Assembly: GCF_024521635.1 (NCBI RefSeq)
Contig: NW_026250419.1
Span: 806,001-869,811, forward strand
Direction: 5' to 3'
Source: Tricharina praecox
Taxonomy: Eukaryota
Length of the DNA: 63,811 bases
A program made the position numbers and the translations under genes. Every line of letters starts with the position of its first letter. The stretch's first letter is position 1. Below the pieces are notes generated by a model that worked only from the letters and a program-made list of their open reading frames with translations, was not told the DNA's origin and made no database searches. This document shows positions 50,301-62,300 of the stretch, in pieces.

Positions 50301-51462
50301 ATGTGTAATATATCCGAGGCGGGTGCACGTGTCTGGACACGGTAGATGGCGACGATGGTTGCGGTGGTGGTGATGGTCGTAGTCGAATCTTAGCGATCGG
50401 GCTCGCTGGGACTCGGGAGAGGGAGAGGAGTCATATGGAGAACCTAGGTGTCACTCGTATGGCGGCGGTTGCGAGAGCGTTGTTTCCTTCGTCCCTCCTC
50501 CTGGACTAGGAGCTGAGCAATGAAGCTCTGCTGATTCGAAACGCTGTTTCCGATTCGCGGAGCTACCTACAGTTAGCCTCGTCTTGCGCGTCTAGTACCG
50601 CACCGTACCCCACGATAGCCATCCAGGTCGCGTCGACCAGCACGACGACAACGCCCTTCCCCTACATCCGGAACCAGCGTTGAGGATTTCAAACGAGGCT
50701 ACCTAGGCCGGTACTTACCTTCTTCCCAACCTATGAGAGAAAGCGAGCTGGCAAGTCCAGTCCACCGATCGGGGCCCATCACGAGGCAGACTTTTCCCTT
50801 TTCCCACGATTGCCGATGCGTCGTCCCCCCGCGTCCCCCGAAGGCCGAACGCGTCCTCTTCCCCCGTGGACCCTTAAGCTTAACGACGATGGTTTATGTC
50901 GCTACACCGCTACACCGCGCTGGTCGCGTGCCGCCCTAAACCTCAACATGCGCACGCACGCACGCAACGTGCTGACCCCAGTGATGATGAGTGGCTGCCA
51001 GCTGTTAGTTAACCAAGTAGCAACACTTCTCGGACCGGAGCGCCGGTACTCTGGAGTAACTACTAGCAGGTAGATACTGTCTCTACACAGGCTAGAGAGT
51101 ACGTGGCAACGCTCATATCACACATCATCATATGTACAAGCAGTATGCGAGACGGGTGAGGCTTGCGCCTGGGAGTGGGAGTGGGGGAGCGCGCGACGTC
51201 CGAGACATCGTGAACTTTCTCACCTTACCGAAAATCGAGTGGGGTTCAGTGTTGACGATGGCATCAAAGAGAGCCTATGTGTACTACCACTTACCTACAT
51301 AGGCGCAGACACGGTGGCCGGGCGCTCTGGCGATGAGAAACGGCCGTCCGGATGGCTGTCGAACGCGTCAACGTCGGCGTCAACGTTAACGCCAACGTCA
51401 ACGTCGACACCAATGCCGGAACCGTGAACTGGTCCGAGATGTGCGTGGCCCGAACGAGCCAG

Positions 51463-51590
51463 CAAACAAAAACAACAACAAAAACAACAACAAAAACAAA
51501 AACAACAACAAAAACAAAAACAACAACAAAAACAAAAACAAAAACAACAACAACAAAAACAAAAACAAACACAAAAACAAAACAAAACAC
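51463..51590. repeat. (AAAAC/AAC)n microsatellite
   Basis: Visible directly in the sequence. Confidence 0.95.
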
Positions 51591-54500
51591 CATCATCATC
51601 ATCATCGTCAGCCACCATTCCATCCTTCCATCCATCCGCCCATCCGCCCGTCACCGTCACGATGGCATAGAAGCGTTACGCAGAGCAAACCGCATCTTCC
51701 GAGTATGCCCGGCCATGCTGCCATCGAGATCCACCGGACAGGCAAAGCAAATACGTATGAAAACAACCCACGGGGCCGCGGAGTAGGTTGAAGTAGTTAC
51801 CGTACCCAGGTGACGGACGGACGGTAGTTGAGAAACCGATGTTCACCGTCGATGCCGATACATCATACGACGTGGCAAAGCAAAACAAACAAGCCACACG
51901 GAGGATACCCACTCTTCTCTACGGTACTATACACGCAGATGGATATCGGTACCTTCCTCTATCTACTGCCTACCAGAGTATGATTGTTCACTGACTTCTG
52001 ACTCGTGTGTACATGGTTAACTACCGCATGTACCCCCCACATCTCGAGATCGAACCCCTCGCACACAGCTCAATCCGAACTCAATCCAAATCCAATCCAA
52101 TCCAATTTCGAATCCAGCTCCCTCGCCCTCCTCCTCGTCCTCCTACTCCTCATCCTCCTCCTCCACCTCTCCACCCCCCACCTCACCCCCGCGCACCTCG
52201 ATCCTAACCGCTTCGAGAAAGCCCATGCGCATCCCCGCTAAACCGCATCCGATTTCTCCGACCTGATCCGTGAATGCACTAGTGGTTATCAGGCTAAAAA
52301 AGGACCGCGGAGAAACTCGCTTGACACAACAACTATGCTTGCGGGGATCAATAGCGACGCTGCACTGTGCAGCTCCGGCGGGGGGGACCCTGAATTGAAA
52401 ATCAACGAGGGGGGCCGGGGGGTGGAGGCGGACAGGACAGGACAGGGTCCACTCCGCTGCTCAGTGCTCACTCTCACGACTGAGCTGAGGATGGAGGGAG
52501 GGAGGGCTGGATGGGAAAGAGGGACGGATGGATGGATGGGAGAGAGGGACGGATGGAGAGGCGGACGGCGACGAACCGTGTTTTGTTTTTCGTCGTACAT
52601 AACGGGGAAGTGGAAGGGACTCGTCTCTCGTCGTCTCGTCTCGTCTTGTCTTCTCTCGTCTTCTCTCGACGGGCATACGTACCCCTCTCGTTCCTTCTCG
52701 CTGTTTCTCGCAGATCCAGGGTAACTACTCCTCTACTCTAGAGTCTGATGCACATGGCCACCGTGACGCCTCCTCCCCCGTGACGTACGTAAGAAAGTAA
52801 GAAACCTGCAAACCTCCATCTAGACTCGAGCCGTACACAACAAGTTTTGCCCCCCTCCAGGCCCCATCCCCAGGGCCTCATCGTTGCAACTTGCGCCCTC
52901 GAGATATGTATCTACCTGGGTACTTATCGAACTACTGCTACTTGTGCTAGGTATAGTAGCGCGGCGCCTGTGCGGTGGCCATGGCTCATTGCTCATGGCG
53001 TGATGTATAGCACGGAGATCTAGATGCACGAGATCTGGATACAAGGTATGTATAGTTACATACTTGTCCCATCCTACGTACATACGTACATACGTACATA
53101 CGGTCCATACATACCGTATACATATCCAAGCGCTGCGGCTGCTCAGTGCTGACGTCGGAGTGGAGTATCGTTGAACTAGGTACTCTACGCAGGGTCCAGA
53201 CAGCTACATAACTACAAGGGGAACCAGAAGGATCTACTGTTCTCCACGTAGATTAGGTGCTAGGCAAAGTACGGTAGGTGGTGGTGATGAACGTCATGTG
53301 ATCGCACTCGACGAATTGCGGGGATGCCATTACCGTTTCCGGGTTATTGCCACCCGCCGTGAGCTTTTGAGGCGGAGGGCGGAGCTCGGAGGTTTCAATA
53401 TATACCCAAGTACTCTATCTAAGTGTGTAGCGGGTAATGACGCTCAAACGACCGGACATGCGGCCTCACGCTCCTGCTACCTACTGAGTACTCTACTCTA
53501 CATACAGGCTGCACTCGCCCGTCCAGGCAGAATGGCAGAATGTCGTTGGTGGCTTCCGAAGCTGCGGAAGGACTCTCGTCGGCCGTAGGGCAAGCGTTAT
53601 GACGCAGTAGATGCCCGGAGTCCGGAGGCTTTAACGTTGCTCGGTTGCGGATTCCAACTGGAGTGGGTATGTAGTACCGTGTGTACTTAGGCATGTCGAT
53701 GCGCTGGAAGTGAGTGAGCCTCGTGTTTCGTTAGCCTCGGATACTATCATATCGTACTGCTAGTAGCAGCCAGCGGAGTGGCGACGGTTTGCGTAGAGTT
53801 GGGTGGTTACTTTGTTACTGGAGTCCGGCCAGCAGACGGAGGTATCTCGCGCGGTGAATCCTCCGGAATGATATCATGTGACCCGTGGGCGGCGGCCACG
53901 TTGGTGGCGTTTGTAGATCGGTCGGCGATAGCATGTACTGAGTACATAACATGCATCCCCACGGAAGGGAGTATGCATGGACTTGAGTCATCCTACTATA
54001 GCTGCTAGTGGATTATGGCTACGTACATACTCCAGCTGCTTCTCTAGCCTCGCCGTCGACTGTCTTCACTCTTGAGACGACGCCCGCATTGCCCTGAACG
54101 TTGCATCGCCGGGAGAGGCCGATAACCCTGTCGGCTGAGTTCCGGTACGAACGGAGTTAAGCAGGGGATTGCTAAGTGAGACTCACATTGGGTCTTCGAT
54201 GCCGTGGAGAGAAAGATAGGAAGCCACCTAGATCTTGAGAGAGGGTAGAAACCACTGTTATCACTCGCAACGCCGAAGGGTTGAACGCTTGCGTTTGTTC
54301 TACATACCGAGGCATTCGATTCTCCACTCTGGCTCGGCTACGCAACCATTCTTCAAAGTTGCTGTGCACAGTCCGCAGTCCAGGCAACTGGTTGGGTGTG
54401 GAAGCTCCGTCTCCGCCTGGGCACCGAGAAGTGATGAGCGCACCAGCAGAGGAGCGGGTGAAGAGCAAAGTGCAGTGTCCGGAGCAATTCTTGCAGTGTG

Positions 54501-54805
54501 TTACGTATTCTTGGGTCGGCCTAGCTATCCTCGTATATGCCACTTTCCGATCCGGCCCCTCATACCGGTCTATGCGCATGTGCTTTCCCCAACAGTGGTA
54601 TCCTTCCGACGGAGGACTCAGGAGGTATCAAGAGTACATACTTCGCTTCTTCGAAGGCACATCTCCTTTGCGGAGGCCAGTGTCTCGGAGCGTCGAAGCA
54701 GGAGATATATGCCGCAGCGTGAGATGGAAGAATCATCTAGACGCTCAGCTGCGGGGGGGGGGGGGGGGAGCAAAATATGCACCGACTTAACGGGTGTCAC
54801 TTCAT

Positions 54806-55089
54806 CGTCGCTGTTACTGTCCCATCGCGGGGTGGCACGTACCACTTCATATTTTCCAATTTGCTATTTCCATCACGGAAAAAACCCCGCATGGTCCAGT
54901 GGTCTAGGGCCACGTAATCGACGAGGGGAGCTGAGTGAAAGTCCCCGGTTCAAAACCGGGTGAATGGCCGTATGTATTCAGCTCTTGGGGTTTCCAAGCC
55001 ACCCGCCGGGGGTGGTGACGGTTTTTGTTTTTGTTTTTGACATCACGGGTGGGGCATGAAATATCACTCGACAATATGTCGTCACGTGA
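54806..55089 (+). mobile_element. Dispersed ~280-bp repeat containing a tRNA-derived (SINE-like/Pol III) unit, copy 2
   Basis: A box TGGTCCAGTGG at 54892-54902 lies within a D-arm. B box GGTTCAAAACC at 54947-54957 lies in stem CCCGG/CCGGG. T-runs at 55022-55038 and a G16 run at 54753-54768 upstream. Matches 36483-36758 in inverted orientation. Confidence 0.7.
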
Positions 55090-55244
55090 TACGTCTTGCG
55101 CTGCCACCTGTGGAGGTGATAGGTTGCATGTGAAAATCTCTCTCTCTCTCCCTGTAGAGGTAAGGACGGGTGAATAATTACCATTATCTACATAGGTCGC
55201 ATGAAATCAATGAATAGACTCAAAAATGTGGAGGCCTGGTGTTG

Positions 55245-55485
55245 TACTGGTTGAGGGGGCGGGGGCCCTCCACTCCGCGTGCGGTGGGGTTGTCAGCTGC
55301 TCGTTTGGCCCATTCGTCGGCCTTCTCGTTTCCGGGGACGCCTTTGTGTGCTGGGCACCATCTGATAATGGTGATCTCGGACTCCCTTCGACGGAGGCGG
55401 CGATGTGCTTTCGTGCCTGGAAGGCGTACTTCTGTCTTGGGGCGGGGCATCGTACGTCTTCCTTCTAATAGCCGCCTGCGCATCT
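55245..55485 (-). pseudogene. RNase H fragment of a Tad1-like LINE
   Basis: Frameshifted DAQAAIRR / QKYAFQARKHIA / IRWCPAHKGVPGNEKADEWAKRAA, the typical non-LTR RNase H motif. Confidence 0.85.
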
Positions 55486-56223
55486 AACTACCGTTGTAGG
55501 GCTGCGGGCCGGTGTTTTCCGATTCGGTTGCGAGTGCGCCAACATGCTTCGGGCTCCGGCCGGGTATTTTCAGAATCGGTTTCCGAGTGATTCCATATGC
55601 CGGGCTTTAGATAAGGGAATACGCGGCTACAAAAGACGATTGGTGCAAGAGGGATGCAACAAAAGCAAAAGTTTATGAGATTCGCTAGTAATATTCACAT
55701 TTGCAAGTATTCCAAGCAACGCTTTTCTTTCTGCTCCGCCAAAACCCACGACACAACAACCCTCCTTCCTTCCTACAACAACCTCGACCGATCATCCTCA
55801 AGTCTAAGCTTCTCTCTTCAAAAAACTTCCCATTCTCATCTATCTCGAATAATACCTCTGCTCGTCATCCTCAAGTGTAAGATTCTTACTTCCACACCCG
55901 CCCTTCCCATTCTCACCACTCCCAAAGACAATCTCTGGTCATCACAACCGACATCTCTCATCGACCCCCCGCACAATAGCACTGCTACCTCTAATCTCAC
56001 CGCGACACCCACCTCACTTCCTCTACCCACCCGCTCCACATATCTCTCTTTATCCCATCCTACCAGTTCTCCTCTCCTATCCTCTCGCTAGTTGAGCACT
56101 CGTCCTGACTCCTCGACCCCACAGCAGCAGCAACAATATCATAATATCCTCACCACAAGCTTCACTCAAGGTAAATTCACCTCCCCAGATCACTTAATTT
56201 AAATATGTGCCGACACCCTTCAG

Positions 56224-56668
56224 ATGTCTTGGTCTCCCCGCCGCAGCACCCGGAGGATTACCCGCAGCCATCCGCGGGACCCGACCGTGATTGCGATGTT
56301 AGCCAAGATCCGCGAAGCTAGGAAGGCTAAGGCTGCGATGTCTGGGAACATCGTGGCTTCCAACAAGAAGCCCGAGGCCAAAGAGCCTCGCAAGGCCTTG
56401 GCCGAGGTCAAGAACTCCGGCGCGACCACGGGGGTCGTTGCCATCAAAAACAAGTGCGGAGACGAAGGCGTAAGCTTTTCCGGCGACGAGGGCACGGCTA
56501 GTTATCGCTGACGAGATCGTTTCCATCAAGCAGGAGGGCACAGCCACCCCTAAGAATGCCAACAAGCGCAAGCGCTCGGTGGAGGGAGATGGTGCCGGCG
56601 AAGACACTAAGGCGAAGAAGGCCAGGCCGGCCCCGAGGAGTGCAGTTCGTCGCCTCTTCAAGAATTAG
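56224..56668 (+). CDS. Small basic orphan protein, about 127 aa, with D-box, NLS and RxL motifs
   Basis: Exons 56224-56469 and 56531(or 56534)-56668, with GTAAGC donor, GCTGAC branch and tandem AAG/CAG acceptors. Probable 5'UTR intron 56171-56223 ends directly at the ATG. AATAAA at about 56773. Confidence 0.75.
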
Positions 56669-57787
56669 AGGAAAGCCGGCCTGGCCACCGGCGAGGAGCG
56701 TTTTTTGCTGCCTCGTCGGGGTTTATAGAGTGTATAGGCAAGTAGGACACATAAGTGCCTACTTGTCCAATGAATAAAGTATTATTTTTAATTTAGCCAG
56801 CGCAGTCTTGGATCGAAATCGCGTGATTGATTTCGGCTCTGTTCAGTGATAACTAATATATATAGAACCGGTGAGTATACCTATTACCTAGGTAAATTGT
56901 TGTAATGTAGAGTTGGTACGTACCGAAAATGTAGAGGAAGAAAATTTTCTGGATGGATTGAGAGAGGTACTAAATCTGTAGATATAAATCGTGGTGGATG
57001 TCTGGAATATCCATCCATGAAATTCCGTCTTCACGACAATCACGGCAAGTATCCCCCCAACCGCCCCCCCCTCCCCTCTTCAACCACAACACTCTTTACA
57101 ACCACACTATCTTACCCCCCTCCAACCCCAGTGAAATATTACTCTTTCGGCCATCACTTCCTCATTACTCGGCGACGTTAGAAGAAGGGCAAGAGTCTGA
57201 CAGGCGACCTGTTGAAGAAGACATCGGCGTACGAAACCACCCGCTAGGCCCAAAACGACTTGGATTACGGTTCGTGTATCTGCGGATCCTGAAGGGATTG
57301 CTAATGATTGCCGTGTCGCAAGGACAGCGTCCCCGAGGTGTGGATCGCACGATAAAAGCACAGGCCTCGGTGCAAAAATCCGGGACGAAGAGAACGGTGG
57401 TAGTGAGGGGGGGAGAAAGTGGCAGCGGTGGAGAGGTTAGATTTGTGGAAATTGCTGCGCTATCTACGAAACCCAATCCAAGGCTTGATCGCAACTGTGC
57501 GATCACGTTATTGGGTTGGGGGAAGGAACTGACAGTGTAACTCCACAACTCGCTGGACACCATCGGAACGACACTCGAGACTTCAAGCTTTAGGGGTTTC
57601 AATCGTACATGGATTTCTTCCAGAACGAGTCGCACCATTCAGAAATAACCAAGATTACAACAGAAAAGGCACACACATTCCCCAGCACTATTATTCCCCT
57701 CATTTATCCCGTTACAAACTGCCCGGCGCCCCTGCTAATACAAACTATAGTACCAATCGCCCATCAAGCTTTCTCCACCGCAAAATC

Positions 57788-58105
57788 TCAGACACACGGG
57801 CACCTCATGCTCCAAGCATTGAAATCGAACTTGCTCCAGCCCTCACGATCGACCATGGCACGAGTTCCCGTGCACCCACTCCCCGCGTAGATGGTGCATT
57901 GGTAGTGGCCGCCCGCCCAGCCGGAAACAAAGGGACCGCCGATGAGATTTATGCAGGTGTCGTCGCTACTCACGCCGAGGCAGTTGCGCTTGCCCTGTTG
58001 CTTGCAGAGTTGGAGCGTGCCGCCGTCCTTCCATGGGACGCACCAGGCGTCGACTGTGCTTGCGGCCGTGGCGACGGCGAGGATGAGGAAGGAGGAGCAG
58101 CGCAT
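57788..58105 (-). CDS. Small secreted cysteine-rich protein (effector/antimicrobial-like), 105 aa
   Basis: Signal peptide MRCSSFLILAVATAASTVDA and 8 Cys in the mature part. TATAAAA on the minus strand at about 58243-58249. Confidence 0.85.
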   Translation of the reverse strand: MRCSSFLILAVATAASTVDAWCVPWKDGGTLQLCKQQGKRNCLGVSSDDTCINLIGGPFVSGWAGGHYQCTIYAGSGCTGTRAMVDREGWSKFDFNAWSMRCPCV

Positions 58106-60466
58106 GATCGTTGAAGCTTGAGCTGGAAAGTGGGACTGTGTAGAGGTCTCGGGAGAATATTCCTAATCTTTGATTGATCTGTTGCTTGGTCGATGCCGGT
58201 GATGGTGATGCTCCTTTCGTGGGAGTTGGAGCCTGGAGGGGCTTTTATAACCAGAATATTTCTTGCACATACTGTATGTACGACCTCTAGGATTACGTCG
58301 AGGACTCCGTGAGACCTCTCTTCCAACTGCGCAAGTTCAGCCTCACAGACAACCGCAGTCACAACTGCAGCCGTCACTCGCCATCATTGGACGTCCGAAG
58401 CTGCAAGGCTCTATCCACCAACCAGATACATCTTTCTTCCTCTATTCACCAGCCAGAACGGGCTAGGATCGGAAATGGGTGGCCGATGGTAGGCCAGCCG
58501 ACCGCTGCTAGTGGGTGCGGTCACAGGAGAATGTAATCTCGGGGAGCATCCCTTCAAGCGCAGTAATTGAGCTGAAAGCCCAGTGGCAGGAGGTCAGACA
58601 GGAAGCCTGTCGGACCAAATCGTGCACGAGGAATGGGGGGGGGGGGGCAAATACGAGGATCAGCATGCAAATTGCCGTCGAAAGAGGTAGTCCGCTCGTA
58701 CTGGACTTCCCACGCACTACAAGTGCTGGCTGACTGGTGTTTAGGGCGGCGGGTGACGACGACGCGGCAGAGATTACGGCGAGGGTAGCATCGGTGGCGG
58801 AGGTAGGCGCGTTCCTTCCGCAGCGGAAGCGGAAGGGAGAGGGGGGCATGAGGGACGAGGTGAAAGAGAGGGTAGTACCGGTTCGTCTCGTGTTGCCGCG
58901 TAAATCGAGTACCTAATCAAGGAATACGAGTTTGCAGCAAACGAAAACAGCATACAAGATACTCGTAGTGTGTCTTACCGACTTCTATGGTCCAGAAAGG
59001 TCGTATTCAGTCGGGGGAAAGAAGAATATTATTCGCCAGGCCGTATACCAAGTGATATGAAGTGAAACGAATTACATCAGTGCAGTTTTATTTCTTGGGT
59101 AAAGGACGACTCAGTCCTGACACCTGATTCGGCGAGTCCTGAGTCATCAACGACTCAAGCCGGTGCTTCAAGCAGTAGATGGGGGTGTGTCACCGTAGTG
59201 GTACGGGATTCCATTGGCTGGAACGATCGTTGTCGGCTGGGCGTTTATTCAAGTTCTTGAAGTGGGAGCCAGCGCTTTATTGGCTCGTGTCGATGATGCG
59301 TATTTGTTGACTGTAGCTGAGAGTCGGCCGCAATACGAACCGTGTCATCAGCAGCCTTACTGTTAGTTCATTCGCTACCGGAAATATTTAACTCCTGAGT
59401 CTACAGTCCGCCATATTTTTTCGGACCGAACTGACCGTAGCGAAAGCTGAGGTGAATGCAGTGCATTCATTCCTTCGTTCGGCTTTCCCGGGGGTATTAT
59501 AGTCCTGCGAGCCTATTCGTTGGTGTGTGCAGAAAGCATTGCCGTCGGTTGGTTACTAACAGGCATCCGATCAGCCGTGCGACTTCTGCATGATACGGGT
59601 ATTCAGGTCGGTTTGTCCAGGGTTCGTATGGTGCTACATTGTCCATCCACAGCTCATATCTCCACAGCTCCACAGCTCTAATCTTGAAGTTCTACGAACG
59701 ATCCCAGCTGATAACCGGTGACTGTTCAGCCACAAGCTCATCCGAGCGCGAAGAACCTCCCTACGTATCCGATAGCACACTACTATGCCCTCATTTCCGC
59801 ACTCGGATGCAAGTCGCGCACAGAAGACAGCAGGCCTCGTGTTCTGTATCAGCAGGTGGAGCATCTGGAAAGCGGTGACGTCTCCGGAGCGAGCTGTAGT
59901 AGAGGGTAGTATTCGAGGCCAGGCTGGCGGCGCCGTATGGGCGGGTGAGGCACCGGTGATGGATGGTTTATGGGTATTAGCAGTGTTTATGTGATTGAGA
60001 GAGAGAAAAGCATTGCCTATACTTTGTGAGCGATTTTCCTTGTTTCAGCTTTTTATCGGTGTGAATTCACCCTTCTCGGTCCATACGAAGCCATCATCTC
60101 AGTTGGAATCGCTCCCCGTTCAAGTCTTCACTCTATACCAAGAACGACTCGTCTCCGCATGGTTCCTCTGTTCGGCAACTCTATTACCCGGGGTTCATCT
60201 CATGGTGTTGCAGTTTCTGCATGAAGAAATGCATTACTTCATCATAACTTCTAGAAAAGGATCACCGACATGCTCGGTTGAGGCCTGGGAATACCGGTAG
60301 TCTGTCTGGACGGAAAACTATTAGGGCCTGGCGACGCGGTCCCGTCCGGGACGAGGATTTGCCGGACCAGAGCATCCAGTCCGAAGTCCAAAATGCCCGG
60401 AGTCCGACTGGGACCCCGTAGGGCCTGGAAATGTTTATTGTGGTTCCAGCTAACCGGAAAGCGGTA

Positions 60467-61415
60467 TCAACTTCCTCCCTCGACTCTTCCGCTCCCTCGA
60501 CTAGGACACTCCCTCAACTGTTGCGGAGCCTTGACTGTTCCGCGGCCTTGAATCTTCCCCGCCCTGATCTTGCTCCCTCAAGCGGCCCGTTCCCTCAACT
60601 CCTCAGCGCCATCTTGAATCGGCCGCTCTCTCAACTCCTCAGCGCCATCTTGAATCGGCCGCTCTCTCAACTCATCGGTGTCGTCGTCTCATCGCCGCCA
60701 TCATCTCATCGCCGCCGTCATCTCATCGCCGCCGCCAACTCAACTCATTCGTGGCGTCAACTCTTCGCTGCCGTCAACTCGTCGGTGCCGTCAACCCGAC
60801 CCTTTCGTGCCGTCAACCCTTCCGTTCCATGATTCTTCTATGCCGTGTAATCTTCCGTGCTATCAAACCTTCCATTCCTTGACTGTTCTGTAACGTCAAC
60901 TCTTCGCCGCTGTCAACCCTTCCGTTCCACGTGTATTCCGTTCCTTGAAGCGTGAGTGCCCTCATTCCGCTCCGTCAACTCCTCCGTACCTTCAAATCTT
61001 CCGCCGCCGTCAACTCTTTGGCACCTTCAACTCTTCGGCGCCGTCGACTGTTACGTGCCGTCAACCCTTCCGTTCCTTGACTCTTCCGCGCCCTCATCCT
61101 GATCCCTCAGCTTTTCTGTGCCATCACCTCATCCGTGCCATCATCTCTCCGCCGCCCTCAACTCCTCTGTTGCTTGACTAGCTCCCTCAACTTTTCCGAG
61201 GCCTTCAACTCTTGACTCTCCCGCTCCATGTCGATTCCGCTCCGTGACTCGTCCGTGGCATCGACTTCCTCACTCAACTCTTCCCCGCCGTCAACCCCTC
61301 CGCGCCGTCAACTCTTTCATTCCTTGACTCTTCGGTGCAGTCAGCTCGCCCCCGCTATCAACCCTTCCGCGCCGTCAAGACTCAGCCGTTCCGCAGTGAT
61401 CACTCCACAAGCTAG
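60467..61415 (+). repeat. Subtelomeric degenerate 16/17-bp minisatellite block 1 (CCGTCAACTCTTCCGTG / CCTTGACTCTTCCG)
   Basis: Dozens of diverged units, including an exact 36-bp duplication at 60594-60665. Ends in CTAG|T at 61412-61416. Confidence 0.8.
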
Positions 61416-61736
61416 TAAATCTCGTTCCAAGTAGTTCAGTAGTTAAATCAAGGTGGCTGTTCACTACCCCTACGGCGGGCATATTCACGACCCGGTTAGG
61501 TGTAGGATGCGGACACGCACGATGGACCTTATCGGGTCATAACCAGCCAGGGCGCGCCCCGCTCACATCTTACTGTGCTGTAATGATATGTAATGCGCAG
61601 TGCCGACCGGTACAGTATAGAGGCCTTTTGTTGCTAGACGATGGTACCGAACTCGCAGTAGCAGACTGTCGCCGCGTGTTACCCGCGGCCGCGGCTATTA
61701 GCACACATTTCGTTGGCACCGCACAGTAAAATTCAG

Positions 61737-62000
61737 CACTGCTTAGTACAGAGTAGTACCGCGGTCGCCGCATCGCCGGGCGCAGTACTGATGGGTACTG
61801 CCTGCGGCTGCGGTGGGCATAATACATTGGCCCATAGGTCAGGAATTGTCCGTACTGCTCAGTACAGAGCGGGATCGCTATCGCCGCATCGACGGGTGCG
61901 GTACTCACCAGTACTGCCTGCAGCTGCGGTCGGCAGGATACATTGGCTGGTACAACTCTGCAATCAGCCGTAATTTTCAGTACGGAGCGGTACTGCCTCA
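61737..62000. repeat. ~116-bp diverged tandem repeat rich in CAGTAC/GTACTG
   Basis: AGTACRGAG at 61745, 61861 and 61979. GTACTGCCTGC.GCTGCGGT and ATACATTGGC are each duplicated. Confidence 0.75.
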
Positions 62001-62300
62001 GTGTTCTCTATCGTTCGGTCCGGACGGTTGCAAAATTTCTCCGTCAGGTCCGAGCCTGGGACGGACGGGTCAGTCCTGGTCCGGCAGAGGAGGACGACCT
62101 CAGGAAAAAAAAATCTACTCAATTAGGCAGTCGACTGCGTCTTTATGTAATGCCACGGTGAATGCGGTGGGTGCATAGAGAAAGGTGGTAGGGCTTTCCA
62201 CCCTGCCATGAATGATCTTCCGTGGGCACGACGCTAGGTGAGCATTCGAGCATCTTGTAGATTCATTGATATCAGGGAACCTATCTACATAACAGCAGTA

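Noticed and set aside
54172..54800. Overlapping 135-242-aa ORFs
   Set aside because: No recognisable domain, weak starts, and the plus-strand ORFs run into a G tract and the repeat element. Possibly a decayed gene, but unsupported.
54885..54967. Functional tRNA gene
   Set aside because: D- and T-arms are present, but acceptor and anticodon stems do not pair in either copy, so it is treated as a tRNA-derived element.
54925..54990. Hammerhead ribozyme (CTGAGTGAAA)
   Set aside because: The core does not fit CUGANGA-stem II-GAAA geometry and differs in the second copy (CTGAGGGAAA).
56998..57640. 180-aa (+) and 157-aa (-) ORFs
   Set aside because: No motifs or splice support, so I cannot distinguish them from chance ORFs.
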